This document shows, one piece after another, positions 39,493 through 51,106 of a stretch of DNA of 64,000 nucleotides (position 1 is the first letter of the stretch; every line of letters starts with the position of its first letter). Source of the stretch: an uncultured Candidatus Actinomarina sp. (GTDB lineage: Bacteria; Actinomycetota; Acidimicrobiia; Actinomarinales; Actinomarinaceae); NCBI GenBank assembly GCA_902604835.1, contig CACKZW010000002.1, forward strand, positions 17,515 through 81,514. The letters run 5' to 3'. The position numbers were made by a program, and so were the translations under genes. A model generated the notes under the pieces. It searched no databases. It was not told the DNA's origin and was given only the letters and a program-made list of their open reading frames with translations.

Positions 39493-40677
39493 ATGTCAAA
39501 AGAAAAATTTGACCGAAGCAAGCCTCATGTGAATATTGGGACAATGGGCCACATTGACCATGGGAAAACAACACTGACGGCCGCAATAACTAAAGTTTTG
39601 GCTGATGCTGGTGCAGGTGAGGCAACTGCTTTCGATGAAATAGATAAAGCGCCAGAAGAAAAAGAAAGAGGAATAACAATTCAGATAGCACACGTTGAGT
39701 ACGAGACAGAAAACCGTCACTATGCTCACGTTGATATGCCTGGACATGCTGATTATGTAAAAAATATGATTACAGGTGCAGCTCAGGTAGATGGTGCAAT
39801 TCTTGTTGTTTCTGCAGCTGATGGTCCAATGCCACAAACAAGAGAGCACGTTCTTCTTGCAAGACAAGTTGGTGTACCAGCGATAGCAGTCTTTCTCAAT
39901 AAAGTTGACCAAGTTGACGATGATGAACTACTTGATCTTGTAGAAATGGAAGTTAGAGAACTTTTAAATGAGTATGATTTCCCTGGAGATGACGTACCTG
40001 TAGTTAAAGGATCTGCACTTGCAGCACTAGAAGGAAAAGAAGATGGTGTCAGTGCGGTTCTTGAATTGATGGAACAAGTTGACACTTATATTGAAGAACC
40101 AGTAAGAGTAGTTGACAAGCCTTTCCTTATGCCAGTAGAAGATGTATTTTCTATAACTGGTCGAGGAACTGTTGTTACAGGAAGAATCGAGCAAGGCATA
40201 GTAAATGTAAATGATGAAGTAGAAATTGTTGGTATTAGAGAAACAACCAAATCAGTTTGTACAGGTGTTGAAATGTTTAGAAAACTCTTAGACGAGGGTA
40301 GAGCAGGAGACAACGTTGGCTTGCTATTAAGGGGTATAGATAAAGAAGATGTAGAGAGAGGTCAGGTTATTGCTGTACCAGGATCTATTACACCTCATAC
40401 AAAATTTGAGGCCGAAGTATATGTTCTTACAAAAGAAGAAGGTGGAAGACACAATCCTTTCTTTAAAGGATATAGGCCGCAGTTTTATTTCAGAACCACT
40501 GATGTTACCGGTGAGGTAACTTTAGGTGATGGAACTGAGATGGTTATGCCTGGAGATAATGTTGCGATATCAGTTGAACTTATATCTCCAATTGCAATGG
40601 AAGAGGGCGTTAAATTTGCAATTAGAGAAGGTGGAAGGACTGTTGGAGCAGGACAGGTGACAAAAGTTATAGAGTAA
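39493..40677 (+). CDS. tuf: Elongation factor Tu
   Basis: [34 protein letters not shown]. Confidence 0.99.
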   Translation: MSKEKFDRSKPHVNIGTMGHIDHGKTTLTAAITKVLADAGAGEATAFDEIDKAPEEKERGITIQIAHVEYETENRHYAHVDMPGHADYVKNMITGAAQVDGAILVVSAADGPMPQTREHVLLARQVGVPAIAVFLNKVDQVDDDELLDLVEMEVRELLNEYDFPGDDVPVVKGSALAALEGKEDGVSAVLELMEQVDTYIEEPVRVVDKPFLMPVEDVFSITGRGTVVTGRIEQGIVNVNDEVEIVGIRETTKSVCTGVEMFRKLLDEGRAGDNVGLLLRGIDKEDVERGQVIAVPGSITPHTKFEAEVYVLTKEEGGRHNPFFKGYRPQFYFRTTDVTGEVTLGDGTEMVMPGDNVAISVELISPIAMEEGVKFAIREGGRTVGAGQVTKVIE

Positions 40678-40686
40678 ATAAAACTT

Positions 40687-40720
40687 AACCGGGAGTAGAA
40701 TTCTACTCCCGGTTTTTTTT
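40687..40720 (+). terminator. Perfect 28-bp palindrome plus T-run between tuf and rpsJ
   Basis: AACCGGGAGTAGAA/TTCTACTCCCGGTT, with a run of eight T from 40713 to 40720. Confidence 0.85.
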
Positions 40721-40729
40721 GAGGAAAAA

Positions 40730-41047
40730 ATGGCAAAACAAAAAGATCAACAAATAAGAATAAAGCTAAAAGCTTATGACAACTATGTTGTTGATGAATC
40801 TGCACGAAAAATTGCAGAAACTGTTTTGAAAACTCAAGCAAAAGTCAAAGGACCCATTCCATTACCAACTCAGATACATAGATACTGTGTAATTAGATCA
40901 CCTCATGTTGATAAAAAATCTAGAGAACATTTTGAAATGCGAATACACAAAAGGCTCATAGATATAGTTGAGCCTACTCCAAAAACAGTTGATTCTTTGA
41001 TGAGATTAGATTTACCCGCAGGTGTTGAAGTAGAGATTAAGTTATGA
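40730..41047 (+). CDS. rpsJ: 30S ribosomal protein S10
   Basis: [23 protein letters not shown]. Confidence 0.99.
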   Translation: MAKQKDQQIRIKLKAYDNYVVDESARKIAETVLKTQAKVKGPIPLPTQIHRYCVIRSPHVDKKSREHFEMRIHKRLIDIVEPTPKTVDSLMRLDLPAGVEVEIKL

Positions 41048-41676
41048 AATCAATTATTGCTAAAAAAATAGGAATGACTCAGTTATTTGATGAAAATTCA
41101 GTTGCTTTAGGAGTAACTTTATTGGATGTTTCCGGGTGTCGTGTTGTTCAGATAAAGTCTGATGAAAATGATGGTTACAACGCAGCACAATTAACAATTG
41201 GTTCAGCTAAGAGAGTTGTAAAGCCTTTACAAGAGCATTATAAAAAATACAATGTTGAGCCTGGAGAAGGTTTATTTGAAGTTCCTATTCACGAAGAAGG
41301 CACACTTGAGTCAGGAAAAGAAATCAATGTAAGTGATTTCTTTGAGGTTGGAGACAAAGTTGATATAACTGGATTTTCCAAAGGAAAAGGATTTTCAGGA
41401 GTAATGAAAAGGCATAATTTCTCTGGACAGAAAGCAAGCCATGGGGTCCATAAAGTTCATCGAGCCGGTGGTTCTATTGGAAATGCATCATATCCTGGCC
41501 ATGTATTTAAAGGCACAAAAATGGCTGGAAGAATGGGAAATCAAAAAACAACTATTCAGTCAGTGACAGTTGTTGAAGTAAATAAAGAAAAAAATTATTT
41601 ACTTGTAAATGGATCTGTACCAGGAAGTAAGGGAAATGTAGTTCAAATATCTTCAGCAATAAAGGTAAATTCATGA
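41044..41676 (+). CDS. rplC: 50S ribosomal protein L3
   Basis: KIGMTQ, SKGKGF.GVMKRH, KMAGRMG. Confidence 0.98.
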   Translation: MKSIIAKKIGMTQLFDENSVALGVTLLDVSGCRVVQIKSDENDGYNAAQLTIGSAKRVVKPLQEHYKKYNVEPGEGLFEVPIHEEGTLESGKEINVSDFFEVGDKVDITGFSKGKGFSGVMKRHNFSGQKASHGVHKVHRAGGSIGNASYPGHVFKGTKMAGRMGNQKTTIQSVTVVEVNKEKNYLLVNGSVPGSKGNVVQISSAIKVNS

Positions 41677-42293
41677 GTGTAAAATTAAAAACCTTTTCCT
41701 TAAAAGATAAAAAAGCATCCGACAAACAATATGATTTTAATCTAGAGGAAGATGTGAATATCGGACTTTTACATCAAGTAACAAAAGGGAATAGAACGAA
41801 TGCAAGAAATAACACTGCATCTGTTAAAACAAGGTCCCAAGTTTCTGGAACAGGCGCAAAGCCTTGGGTTCAAAAAGGAACAGGAAGGGCTAGACATGGC
41901 TCTTTACGTTCTCCAATATTTGTTGGAGGAGGTATAGCTCATGGTCCAGGTGGAAGAGTTTACAAAGATAGAACACCAAAAAAAATGAAGCAAAAATCTC
42001 TAAACATGTCACTTTCAAACCGAATATTAGAAAATTCAGTTTTTGTTATTGATGGCTCAGGTATTGAGAAGCCTTCTACGAAAGTAGCATCAGAAGCCCT
42101 TAAAGAATTATCAATATCCAAATCATTTGTTTTTGTATATGCAGAAAATGATGATTTTTTAATAAAATCATTTAGAAACTTAAAAAAAGCTAAAGTCACA
42201 TCAGTTAAAAAACTTTCTACTTTTGATGTGATTTCTAATGAAGTAGTAGTTTTTAGTGAAAATGCAATGAACAGTATATTGGATAAAAAATGA
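41673..42293 (+). CDS. rplD: 50S ribosomal protein L4
   Basis: KPWVQKGTGRARHGS.RSP..VGGG..HGP. Confidence 0.98.
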   Translation: MSVKLKTFSLKDKKASDKQYDFNLEEDVNIGLLHQVTKGNRTNARNNTASVKTRSQVSGTGAKPWVQKGTGRARHGSLRSPIFVGGGIAHGPGGRVYKDRTPKKMKQKSLNMSLSNRILENSVFVIDGSGIEKPSTKVASEALKELSISKSFVFVYAENDDFLIKSFRNLKKAKVTSVKKLSTFDVISNEVVVFSENAMNSILDKK

Positions 42294-42577
42294 AGTATTT
42301 AGAAGATGTATTAATTCAACCATTAATATCTGAAAAGTCTTATGATCGGATCGCAGATTCAAATTCCTATACTTTTTTTGTTCACACAAGTTCTACAAAG
42401 CCTGAAATAAAAAGAGCTGTTGAAGAAATATTTGAAGTTGACGTACTGTCAGTTAATACAATGTATAAAAAAGGAAAAAAGAAAAGGTTTGGATATGTTT
42501 TAGGTCAACAAAGCACTAGAAAAGTTGCAATTGTTACCCTCGGAGAGGGTCAAACTATAGAGGCTTTTGGGGTATAA
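42290..42577 (+). CDS. rplW: 50S ribosomal protein L23
   Basis: P.ISEKS, KPEIK.AVE.IF.V.V..VNT. Confidence 0.97.
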   Translation: MKYLEDVLIQPLISEKSYDRIADSNSYTFFVHTSSTKPEIKRAVEEIFEVDVLSVNTMYKKGKKKRFGYVLGQQSTRKVAIVTLGEGQTIEAFGV

Positions 42578-42579
42578 AT

Positions 42580-43413
42580 ATGGGATCAAAAAAAATCAGA
42601 CCAATTACTCCAGGAATGAGAGGACACGTAACAGGGGATTTTAGTGAAATTACTAAATCTAAGCCTGAAAAAAATCTTTTAGAATCAAAAAAATCAACTG
42701 GTGGTAGAAATAATAAGGGCAGGATTACCTCTAGACATAGGGGCGGTGGCCATAAGCAAAAATATAGAGTAGTAGATTTCAAAAGGACAAAAGACGGTAT
42801 ACCAGCTAAAGTTGCTGGAATTGAATATGATCCAAATAGAAATTCGAGAATTGCTTTATTGCATTACGTTGATGGTGAGAAGAGCTACATAATTGCTCCT
42901 GATGGTGTATTTGAGGGAAGCATGGTTGAATCTGGATCTAAAGCTGAAATTAAAGATGGTAATTGTTTACCGTTAAGAAACATTCCGGCAGGAACTTTTG
43001 TTCATGCAGTTGAGTTAAGACCAGGTGGTGGTGCAAAAATGGCAAGATCCGCTGGATCATCTGTTCAGTTAATGAGTAAAGAATCTGGATTAGCGTTACT
43101 TAGATTACCTTCTGGTGAGATGAGAACGGTCTCAATGGACTGTAGAGCAACTATTGGAAGTGTTGGAAATGCTGAAGCAGAATTAACCAAACTCGGCAAA
43201 GCTGGTAGAAAAAGATGGAAAGGCGTAAGGCCACAAACAAGAGGTGTTGCAATGAACCCTGTTGACCACCCACTTGGAGGTGGCGAAGGAAAATCATCTG
43301 GAGGAAGAACTCCTGTGAGTCCTTGGGGTAAACCAGAGGCAAAGACAAGAAAAAAGAAAAAATACAGCAATAAATCAATTGTTCGAGGTCGATCACAAAA
43401 AGGCAGAAACTAA
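42580..43413 (+). CDS. rplB: 50S ribosomal protein L2
   Basis: [35 protein letters not shown]. Confidence 0.99.
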   Translation: MGSKKIRPITPGMRGHVTGDFSEITKSKPEKNLLESKKSTGGRNNKGRITSRHRGGGHKQKYRVVDFKRTKDGIPAKVAGIEYDPNRNSRIALLHYVDGEKSYIIAPDGVFEGSMVESGSKAEIKDGNCLPLRNIPAGTFVHAVELRPGGGAKMARSAGSSVQLMSKESGLALLRLPSGEMRTVSMDCRATIGSVGNAEAELTKLGKAGRKRWKGVRPQTRGVAMNPVDHPLGGGEGKSSGGRTPVSPWGKPEAKTRKKKKYSNKSIVRGRSQKGRN

Positions 43414-43415
43414 TA

Positions 43416-43679
43416 ATGACAAGAAGTTTACGAAAAGGACCATTTGTAGATAACCATCTATTGGTAAAAGTAGAAGATGCGCAAAACTCTGGTAATAAAA
43501 GTGTTATCAAAACATGGAGCAGAAGATCTACTGTAGTTCCAGAAATGGTAGGTCTGACAATAGCTGTACATAATGGAAAACAACATATCCCAATCTTTAT
43601 AACTGAGGCAATGGTTGGACATAAATTAGGAGAGTTCGCGCCTACAAGAACTTTTAGAGGACACCCAGGACAAAGCTAA
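43416..43679 (+). CDS. rpsS: 30S ribosomal protein S19
   Basis: [28 protein letters not shown]. Confidence 0.99.
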   Translation: MTRSLRKGPFVDNHLLVKVEDAQNSGNKSVIKTWSRRSTVVPEMVGLTIAVHNGKQHIPIFITEAMVGHKLGEFAPTRTFRGHPGQS

Positions 43680-44026
43680 TGGAAAACGAAACAATTACAG
43701 CAAAAAGCAAATATATTAGACAATCTCCTTACAAATTGAGGCTTGTCTTAAATTTAATTAGAGGTTTACCTGTTTCCGAAGCTCTAGATATTTTAAAATT
43801 CACAAAAAGAAAAGCATCTGATGAAATAACAAAAGTAATTCAAAGCGCAATGGCAAATGCAGAAAACAACTTTGGATTAAATTCTAATGATCTATACATT
43901 TCAAAAGCTATCGCAGATGAAGGACCTACGCTAAAAAGATTTAGACCTAGAGCAAGAGGAAGGGCCGGAAGAATAAATAAAAGAACCTCTCACCTATTAA
44001 TTGAACTAGCAAGTACAGGGGAATAG
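43679..44026 (+). CDS. rplV: 50S ribosomal protein L22
   Basis: [27 protein letters not shown]. Confidence 0.98.
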   Translation: MENETITAKSKYIRQSPYKLRLVLNLIRGLPVSEALDILKFTKRKASDEITKVIQSAMANAENNFGLNSNDLYISKAIADEGPTLKRFRPRARGRAGRINKRTSHLLIELASTGE

Positions 44027-44028
44027 TT

Positions 44029-44919
44029 ATGGGTCAAAAAACACATCCTTACGCATTTCGAATTGGAATAGTAAATGATTGGAAATCACGATGGTTCAGC
44101 GATAAAGACTATACAAAACTAGTCAATCAGGATTACAGGATAAGAGAGTTTTTATCTTCTCAACTAATTAAAGGAGCAGTATCAAGAATTGATATTGAAA
44201 GAACAAGAGACAAAGTACAAGTTGATATACATACAGCTAGACCAGGTGTTGTCATTGGTAGAAAAGGTGCGGAAGCAGATAGATTAAGAAAAGGGCTCGA
44301 AGATCTATCTAGTCAACCTGTAAAACTCAATATTATTGAAGTTAGAGAGCCTGAACTAGATGCTCAGCTTTTAGCTAGAGCAGTTGCTGATCAACTTGAA
44401 AGCAGAGTCGCATTTAGAAGAGCCATGAAGAGAGCAGTTACAGGTGCATTAAAAGCTGGTGCAGAAGGTGTGAGAGTTGAGTGTTCTGGAAGATTAGGTG
44501 GAGCTGAAATGGGAAGAAGAGAATGGTATAGAGAAGGAAGAGTCCCATTACATACTTTACGCGCTGATATTGATTTTGGTCGAGCTGCTGCACAAACTAC
44601 TGTTGGATCAATTGGGGTAAAAGTTTGGGTGTATAAAGGTGATGTTGTAGCTTCTAACAAACTTAGACAAGACAAAATAGCAGCAGAAGCTAATTTAGCA
44701 AGTGGAGGCCCTACAGCAGGAAGAGTGAAGTCAGTAAAATCAAGAGTAGAAGCTGCTGTTGGGGAGAAAAAGAAATCAAAAATTTTAGAAGCTGGCGGAG
44801 GAAAAAAGACTAACGAATCATCTTCAAAAATAGTTGAAGCTGGCGGAGGAAACAAAATAAGACCAAATGAAGCAACCCAACAGTTTGAGCAAGAAAAATC
44901 AATATTGGAAGAAGAATAA
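44029..44919 (+). CDS. rpsC: 30S ribosomal protein S3 with a C-terminal extension
   Basis: [32 protein letters not shown]. Confidence 0.98.
   Translation: MGQKTHPYAFRIGIVNDWKSRWFSDKDYTKLVNQDYRIREFLSSQLIKGAVSRIDIERTRDKVQVDIHTARPGVVIGRKGAEADRLRKGLEDLSSQPVKLNIIEVREPELDAQLLARAVADQLESRVAFRRAMKRAVTGALKAGAEGVRVECSGRLGGAEMGRREWYREGRVPLHTLRADIDFGRAAAQTTVGSIGVKVWVYKGDVVASNKLRQDKIAAEANLASGGPTAGRVKSVKSRVEAAVGEKKKSKILEAGGGKKTNESSSKIVEAGGGNKIRPNEATQQFEQEKSILEEE
44776..44852 (+). repeat. Imperfect duplication with a 48-nt period, encoding SKI(L/V)EAGGG twice in the S3 tail
   Basis: tcaaaaattttagaagctggcggaggaaa at 44776 and tcaaaaatagttgaagctggcggaggaaa at 44824. Confidence 0.85.
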
Positions 44920-44921
44920 TT

Positions 44922-45332
44922 ATGTTAATGCCAAAGAAAACAAAACATAGAAAATCACATAGAGGTAGAAGAAGAGGTTTATCAAAAGGGGGCAACGAAG
45001 TAACTTTTGGAGATTTCGGTTTACAGGCAGTAGAAACATCCTATATTACAGCACGCCAAATAGAGGCAGCAAGAATTACAATAACAAGAACCATGAAGAG
45101 AGGTGGAAAAGTATGGATTAACATATTTCCACACAAGCCAGTTACTCAAAAACCAGCTGAAGTAAGGATGGGTTCAGGAAAAGGTAATGTAGAGTATTAT
45201 GTTGCAGTAGTAAAACCTGGAAAAATAATATTTGAAGTCTCTGGAGTCTCTGAAGAAATTGCTAAAGAAGCTATGAGAAAAGCAGGACACAAATTACCAA
45301 TTAAGACAAAATTTGTAAAGAGGAACATATGA
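44922..45332 (+). CDS. rplP: 50S ribosomal protein L16
   Basis: RQIEAAR, RMGSGKG, KLPIKT. Confidence 0.99.
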   Translation: MLMPKKTKHRKSHRGRRRGLSKGGNEVTFGDFGLQAVETSYITARQIEAARITITRTMKRGGKVWINIFPHKPVTQKPAEVRMGSGKGNVEYYVAVVKPGKIIFEVSGVSEEIAKEAMRKAGHKLPIKTKFVKRNI

Positions 45333-45547
45333 GCGTGAACGATTTAAAAGAATTATCAATAACTGAGTTAGAAAATAAGATTTTTGATCTAAAGCGTGAA
45401 TTGTTGGATTCAAGGTTTGCGTTGGCAACAAGTCAAATTGAAGACACATCTGTATTCAAGAAAATAAAAAAAGAAATTGCACAAGCCAATACAATTCTTA
45501 ATCAAAAAGTAAAACAAGAAAGCATAAATGAGGATTCTAATGAATAG
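45329..45547 (+). CDS. rpmC: 50S ribosomal protein L29
   Basis: L..LS..EL......LK.EL...RF, KKEIA...T; operon position. Confidence 0.93.
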   Translation: MSVNDLKELSITELENKIFDLKRELLDSRFALATSQIEDTSVFKKIKKEIAQANTILNQKVKQESINEDSNE

Positions 45548-45803
45548 TATTGAGAGAACTTCTAGAAAAGTTAGAACAGGAGTAGTTGTTTCCGATAGTA
45601 GAGATAAGACTGTCACCGTATCTATAGAATTACAGTTTCAACATCCTAAATATGGAAAAATTGTTAAGAAAACTAGAAAACTTCATGCTCATGATGAAAA
45701 CTCTGAAGCAAAGGTAGGAGATACAGTAAAAATAACTGAAACAAAACCAGTATCAAAAACAAAAATGTGGAGAGTTGTTGAAATAATTGAGAGAGCCAGA
45801 TGA
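45540..45803 (+). CDS. rpsQ: 30S ribosomal protein S17
   Basis: GVVVSD..DKT, HPKYGK, HAHDE, PVSKTK.WR. Confidence 0.98.
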   Translation: MNSIERTSRKVRTGVVVSDSRDKTVTVSIELQFQHPKYGKIVKKTRKLHAHDENSEAKVGDTVKITETKPVSKTKMWRVVEIIERAR

Positions 45804-46168
45804 TACAAAAAGAATCAAGATTAAAAGTTGCAGATAATTCAGGAGCTAAAGAAGTGCTTTGTATCAAGGTAAAAGGAAGTTCTAGGATTAGATATGCTGG
45901 ATTGGGTGATGTATTTACTGCAACAGTAAAAGATGCTGTTCCAGGAGGTCAAATAAAAAAAGGTGATATTGTTCAAGCCGTTGTTGTAAGAACAAGTAAA
46001 GAAACCCGAAGAAAAGATGGAACATATATAAGATTTGATGAAAATGCTTGTGTTATATTAAATGACCAAGATCAACCACGTGGTACACGAATTTTTGGTC
46101 CAGTCGGAAGAGAATTAAGAGAAAAAAAATATATGAGAATAGTTTCGCTTGCACCAGAGGTTTTGTGA
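45800..46168 (+). CDS. rplN: 50S ribosomal protein L14
   Basis: [24 protein letters not shown]. Confidence 0.99.
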   Translation: MIQKESRLKVADNSGAKEVLCIKVKGSSRIRYAGLGDVFTATVKDAVPGGQIKKGDIVQAVVVRTSKETRRKDGTYIRFDENACVILNDQDQPRGTRIFGPVGRELREKKYMRIVSLAPEVL

Positions 46169-46470
46169 TGAAAATTCAAAAAGGTGACACAGTAAAAATA
46201 ATTTCCGGTAAAGATAATGGTAAAGAAGGTAAAGTCTTACAAGTTTTTCCTAAGAAGAACCAAGTCTTGGTTGAAGGTGTAAATGTGAATAAAAAACATC
46301 AAAAACCACAGGGGCAAACCATGCAGGGTGGTGTAATTGATAAAAGCATGCCAATTCATGTTTCAAATGTAGCACTAGTTGTTAAAAAAAAGAGTGGAAG
46401 AGTAAGATATAAGTTTGATAAAAATGGAAACAAATTTCGAGTATTAGCGCAAACCGGGGATGAAGCATGA
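46165..46470 (+). CDS. rplX: 50S ribosomal protein L24
   Basis: KGDTV.IISGKD.GK.GKV, VEGVN, PIHVSNV. Confidence 0.98.
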   Translation: MMKIQKGDTVKIISGKDNGKEGKVLQVFPKKNQVLVEGVNVNKKHQKPQGQTMQGGVIDKSMPIHVSNVALVVKKKSGRVRYKFDKNGNKFRVLAQTGDEA

Positions 46471-47012
46471 TTCCAAGACTAAAAAAACAATATAGAAATG
46501 TATTAATTGATGACTTAAAAAAACAATTAAATATAAATAATACAAATGCAGTACCAAATTTAGAGAAAATAGTAATAAATATTGGAGATGGAAAAGCAGC
46601 AACTGATGGTCGAGCACTTGAATCAATGGTTGATGAATTAACTGCAATATCTGGTCAAAAACCAGTCATCAAAAGAGCAAAAAAATCAATTGCCGGTTTT
46701 AAGATCCGAGAAGGAATGCCAATAGGTGTCTCTGTGACTCTCAGAGGAAATAGAATGTGGGAGTTTTATGATCGTTTTGTTCAAGTTGTTGTTCCAAGAA
46801 TTCGTGACTTTAGAGGATTTAGCAAAAAATCTTTTGATGGCAATGGTAATTTCTCTCTTGGACTTAACGAGCAGCTTGTATTTCCAGAAGTTGAATATGA
46901 TAAAGTTAGGGACATAAGAGGTATGAACATAACTATTTGTACAACTGCGAGTGATAATCAAGATGGATATGGCTTACTTAATGCACTTGGGTTTCCATTT
47001 AGAGAGGAATAA
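46467..47012 (+). CDS. rplE: 50S ribosomal protein L5
   Basis: [27 protein letters not shown]. Confidence 0.99.
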   Translation: MIPRLKKQYRNVLIDDLKKQLNINNTNAVPNLEKIVINIGDGKAATDGRALESMVDELTAISGQKPVIKRAKKSIAGFKIREGMPIGVSVTLRGNRMWEFYDRFVQVVVPRIRDFRGFSKKSFDGNGNFSLGLNEQLVFPEVEYDKVRDIRGMNITICTTASDNQDGYGLLNALGFPFREE

Positions 47013-47014
47013 TT

Positions 47015-47320
47015 ATGGCTAAAACAAGCAAAATAGTTAAAAATAATAAAAGAGAACAAACTGCTAATTTTTATTCCTCAAAAAGAAAAGAATTATTAGA
47101 CATTATTAGAGATCCAGAATCTTCATACGATGAAAAAAGAGAAGCTCAAAAAAAGATTGCAAAAATGCCACGTGATGCCTCAGCAACAAGACATCGAAAT
47201 AGATGTCAAGTAACTGGAAGACCAAGAGGAAATCTAAGAAAGTTTGGCATGTCAAGGAACACTTTCCGTGATTTAGCATTAAAAGGTGAGCTTCCAGGAA
47301 TAAAGAAAGCATCTTGGTAA
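47015..47320 (+). CDS. rpsN: 30S ribosomal protein S14, long (101-aa) Zn-independent form
   Basis: PRDAS.TR.RNRC..TGRPRG..RKFG.SR; only one Cys. Confidence 0.97.
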   Translation: MAKTSKIVKNNKREQTANFYSSKRKELLDIIRDPESSYDEKREAQKKIAKMPRDASATRHRNRCQVTGRPRGNLRKFGMSRNTFRDLALKGELPGIKKASW

Positions 47321-47322
47321 AA

Positions 47323-47721
47323 ATGGTTAATGATCCAATTTCAGATTTTTTAACACGATTAAGAAATGCAACATTAGTATCAAAATCTAATGTAGAAATA
47401 CCTCATTCAAAATTTAAATATGAACTTGCGAAGCTATTTAAAGATGAGGGTTACGTAAGTGATATTGAAATAAAAGGTGAAGGAGCAAAAAGAGTCATTG
47501 ACTTAACAATTAAATTTTCTGAAGAAGGTAAGTCAGTAATAGCTGGTTTGAATAGACTTTCAAAACCTGGAAGAAGAGTTTATTCATCTTTTAATGAGCT
47601 ACCAAGGACTAATGGTGGACTAGGAACTGTGGTTGTTTCAACGTCAAGAGGCTTATTATCAGATTCCGAAGCAAGGAAAAGAAAACTTGGTGGAGAATTG
47701 ATATGTGAGGTCTGGTCATGA
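47323..47721 (+). CDS. rpsH: 30S ribosomal protein S8
   Basis: DPISDFLTRLRNA, SKPGRRVY, STSRG, GGELICEV. Confidence 0.99.
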   Translation: MVNDPISDFLTRLRNATLVSKSNVEIPHSKFKYELAKLFKDEGYVSDIEIKGEGAKRVIDLTIKFSEEGKSVIAGLNRLSKPGRRVYSSFNELPRTNGGLGTVVVSTSRGLLSDSEARKRKLGGELICEVWS

Positions 47722-48272
47722 GCAGGATAGGAAATAAACCAATCGTTATTCCAGAAAATGTTGAAGTTAAATTAGATGATAAAAAAATATTTGTCAAAGG
47801 CTCAAAAGGAGAATTAACAACTGAAATTTTAGATGATAGAATTAAGTTTGAGATCAATGAAGGTATTCTAAAATTTACTCGAGAATCTGAGGATAAATCT
47901 GTTAAAAGTTTACATGGATTGTACAGATCATTAGTTGCAAACAACATTATTGGTGTAAGTGAAGGTTATTCAAAAACTTTAACTCTCCAGGGAGTTGGGC
48001 ATAGAGTTACACTGAAGGGAAACGATTTAGAGATATTGTGCGGGTTTTCACATCCAGTTTTATTTAAGAAAGTAGAAACTATTTCATTCGAGGTACCAGA
48101 TCAAAATACAATTATTGTTTCTGGAATAGATAAAGGTCTTGTAGGACAAGTTGCTGCTGATATAAGGTCTATAAAACCTCCAGAACCTTATAAAGGCAAG
48201 GGAATTAGATATCAAGACGAGTATGTTAGAAGAAAAGCTGGAAAAGCAGCTGTAGCAACTACAGGAGCTTAA
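47718..48272 (+). CDS. rplF: 50S ribosomal protein L6
   Basis: MSRIGNKP, PEPYKGKGIRY. Confidence 0.99.
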   Translation: MSRIGNKPIVIPENVEVKLDDKKIFVKGSKGELTTEILDDRIKFEINEGILKFTRESEDKSVKSLHGLYRSLVANNIIGVSEGYSKTLTLQGVGHRVTLKGNDLEILCGFSHPVLFKKVETISFEVPDQNTIIVSGIDKGLVGQVAADIRSIKPPEPYKGKGIRYQDEYVRRKAGKAAVATTGA

Positions 48273-48273
48273 T

Positions 48274-48621
48274 ATGAGAAAATCAGATCAAAGATTAAAA
48301 AGAAAAGTTAGAATTCGAAAAAAAGTTTATGGTGATTCCAACAAACCACGTCTAGCCGTTTATAAAAGTAATAAAAATATCTATGTGCAAGCCATAGACG
48401 ACTTGAATCATACAACTATTGGCTCAGCAAGCACTTTATCAAAAGAATTAAAGGTCGAAAGACTTACAATTGATGCCGCAAAAAAAGTGGGAGAACTTAT
48501 GGGCGACATTCTAAATAAAAATAAAATAGAAGAAGCTGTTTTTGATCGCGGTGGATACATCTACCATGGAAGAGTCAAAGCTTTAGCTGATGGTATAAGA
48601 GAAAAAGGAATTAAATTTTAA
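48274..48621 (+). CDS. rplR: 50S ribosomal protein L18
   Basis: [27 protein letters not shown]. Confidence 0.98.
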   Translation: MRKSDQRLKRKVRIRKKVYGDSNKPRLAVYKSNKNIYVQAIDDLNHTTIGSASTLSKELKVERLTIDAAKKVGELMGDILNKNKIEEAVFDRGGYIYHGRVKALADGIREKGIKF

Positions 48622-49172
48622 TGGCAGAAGTAGAGTTACAAGAAAACGTAATACACATAAACAGAGTTGCAAAAGTTGTTAAGGGTGGAAGAAATTTTGC
48701 TTTTACAGCTCTTGTAGCTGTTGGAGATGGAAATGGTAATGCTGGCATTGGCTACGGAAAAGGTTCAGAGGTTCCTTTAGCAATACAAAAAGCTATAGAA
48801 AATGCAAAGAAGGATATTCATCCGATACCAATGGCAGGCTCAACGATAGTTCATACAATAACTGGTGAACACGGATCTTCTAAAGTTTTACTTAAACCTG
48901 CAGCTCCTGGAACAGGGGTTATTGCAGGAGGCGCTGCTCGTCAAGTTTTAGAGGTCGCCGGAATCAAGGATATTCTTGCAAAATCTCTAGGATCTCCAAC
49001 TCATTTAAATGTCGCTAAGGCAACATTAAACGGACTACTAGGTCAGCGAACACCTGATGAGGTTGCAAAACTTAGAGGTAAGAAGGCTATGGAAATTGCA
49101 CCCAAAGGATTGGTCGATGCTTATGAAAAAACAAAAGCAGAAAGAAAGCTTAGAGAAGATGCAAAAGGTTAA
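48621..49172 (+). CDS. rpsE: 30S ribosomal protein S5
   Basis: [22 protein letters not shown]. Confidence 0.99.
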   Translation: MAEVELQENVIHINRVAKVVKGGRNFAFTALVAVGDGNGNAGIGYGKGSEVPLAIQKAIENAKKDIHPIPMAGSTIVHTITGEHGSSKVLLKPAAPGTGVIAGGAARQVLEVAGIKDILAKSLGSPTHLNVAKATLNGLLGQRTPDEVAKLRGKKAMEIAPKGLVDAYEKTKAERKLREDAKG

Positions 49173-49341
49173 AATTACTTTGAGGAGATCTCTTATTGGT
49201 CAAGGATTTAAAGCTAAAGAAACTATAAAATCTTTGGGTCTAAAAAAAATTAATTCATCTGTAGTGAGAGAAATGGATGATAGTCTTGCCGGAATGTTAG
49301 ATAAAGTAAAACATCTAGTTGAAACAGAGGATGTAAAATAA
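49159..49341 (+). CDS. rpmD: 50S ribosomal protein L30
   Basis: [24 protein letters not shown]; start moved to the ATG at 49159. Confidence 0.95.
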   Translation: MQKVKITLRRSLIGQGFKAKETIKSLGLKKINSSVVREMDDSLAGMLDKVKHLVETEDVK

Positions 49342-49791
49342 ATGAGTAAAATAAAATTTCATCATCTTAAACCAACTCCAGGATCATCTAAATCTAAGCT
49401 TCGTAAAGGACGAGGAGAGTCTGGTAAAAGAGGCAAAACTGCAGGAAGAGGAACTAAGGGTACAGGAGCGCGTAAAACAGTACCTGCTTACTTTGAAGGT
49501 GGTCAAATACCGCTTTATAGAAGAATACCAAAGTTAAAGGGTCTTAAAAATACTCCAAAAATGTCATATGTTGTAGTGAATGTTTCAGATCTTCAGGAAA
49601 AAAATTTAAAAGGAGATATTGATCCAGATGTCTTGCAACAAAATGGTCTAACAAGAAAAAAAGGACTAGTAAAAGTTTTGGGCAATGGAGATATCACAAA
49701 TACTGTAAACATAAAAGTACATGCCGTCAGTGAGTCTGCAAAGAAAAAAATTGAAGATGCCGGCGGGACTGTAGAAGTTATAGAGGTTTAA
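49342..49791 (+). CDS. rplO: 50S ribosomal protein L15
   Basis: GKTAGRG.KG, FEGGQ.PL.RR.PK. Confidence 0.98.
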   Translation: MSKIKFHHLKPTPGSSKSKLRKGRGESGKRGKTAGRGTKGTGARKTVPAYFEGGQIPLYRRIPKLKGLKNTPKMSYVVVNVSDLQEKNLKGDIDPDVLQQNGLTRKKGLVKVLGNGDITNTVNIKVHAVSESAKKKIEDAGGTVEVIEV

Positions 49792-49792
49792 A

Positions 49793-51106
49793 GTGAAACT
49801 TTCAATTTTTAGATATATGTTTAAAATTCCTGATCTAAGAAAACGTATAATTTTTACATTGATTATGTTTGGTGTGTATAGGCTGGGAGCTGCAGTACCA
49901 GTCCCAGGAGTTGACTTAGAAGCTGTACAAAGATTGACAGACTCAGGTTCACAAGCCGGAATCTATGGCCTATTAAATTTATTTTCTGGAGGAGCCTTAG
50001 AAACATTTTCTGTTTTTGCACTTGGAATTATGCCATATATTACTTCAAGTATTATTCTTCAACTTTTAACAGTTGTTATTCCACGATTACAAAAACTTCA
50101 AGAAGAAGGCGAATCTGGTAAAAAAGTTATCACACAATGGACTAGGTATATAACTGTTGTTTTAGCATTACTTCAATCTACTGGGTTAACCTACATTTTT
50201 TCAAGAGGAAGTTTAACCGGAGGAATATCCTTGATTCCAAACTATACCCCATCAAGAGTTGGATTAATTGTACTAACTATGACTGCTGGGACAGCATTTA
50301 TCATGTGGCTAGGAGAATTAATTTCACAAAGAGGGATTGGTAATGGAATGTCTTTAATTATCTTTGCAAGTATTATCAGCCAATTACCTGCAAGCTTTGG
50401 TGGAGCATACCAGGTTACTGCTGGTCAGGGAAGAATTGGTCAATTTAGCTTTCTCGTTTTAATGTTTTTTCTTATGATTGTAGGAATTATTTACGTAGAA
50501 CAAGGTCAAAGAAGAATACCAATCCAATTTGCAAAAAGAGTTAGAGGAAGAAAAGTTATGGGAGGTCAAAGTACATATATACCATTGAAAGTGAACAGTG
50601 CTGGCGTGATTCCTGTTATTTTTGCTACGAGCGTTCTCTTTTTTCCAGCTTTAATAGCTACTTCACTTCCACAAGATAATAATATTACCGCAGGAATAAG
50701 AAATTGGATTGATGTAAACTTAGCCAACTCCCAAGGAACTAGTTGGTTTTATATATTCTTTTTAGGTATGTTAATAATTTTTTTCACCTATTTTTACACC
50801 ACAATACAATTTGATCCAGTAAGACAATCTGACATGATAAGAAGACAAGGTGGTTTTGTCCCTGGTGTGCGTCCAGGTATTTCAACAACAAATTACTTGT
50901 CTCATATAATTAGCAGAATTACATTACCAGGTTCAGTATTTTTAGCATCCGTAGCAGTTTTACCCTCTATAGCTTCAGCAATTTGGGATATTCCTTTAGG
51001 TTTTAGCGGTATATCTATATTAATAACCGTTGGTGTGGCTCTTGAAACTATGAAACAAATCGAAAGTCAATTAAGTATGAGAAACTACGAAGGATTTGTT
51101 GATTGA
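49793..51106 (+). CDS. secY: Preprotein translocase subunit SecY
   Basis: SVFALGIMPYITSSII, GIGNGMSLIIF, IPLKVNSAGVIPVIFA. Confidence 0.99.
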   Translation: MKLSIFRYMFKIPDLRKRIIFTLIMFGVYRLGAAVPVPGVDLEAVQRLTDSGSQAGIYGLLNLFSGGALETFSVFALGIMPYITSSIILQLLTVVIPRLQKLQEEGESGKKVITQWTRYITVVLALLQSTGLTYIFSRGSLTGGISLIPNYTPSRVGLIVLTMTAGTAFIMWLGELISQRGIGNGMSLIIFASIISQLPASFGGAYQVTAGQGRIGQFSFLVLMFFLMIVGIIYVEQGQRRIPIQFAKRVRGRKVMGGQSTYIPLKVNSAGVIPVIFATSVLFFPALIATSLPQDNNITAGIRNWIDVNLANSQGTSWFYIFFLGMLIIFFTYFYTTIQFDPVRQSDMIRRQGGFVPGVRPGISTTNYLSHIISRITLPGSVFLASVAVLPSIASAIWDIPLGFSGISILITVGVALETMKQIESQLSMRNYEGFVD

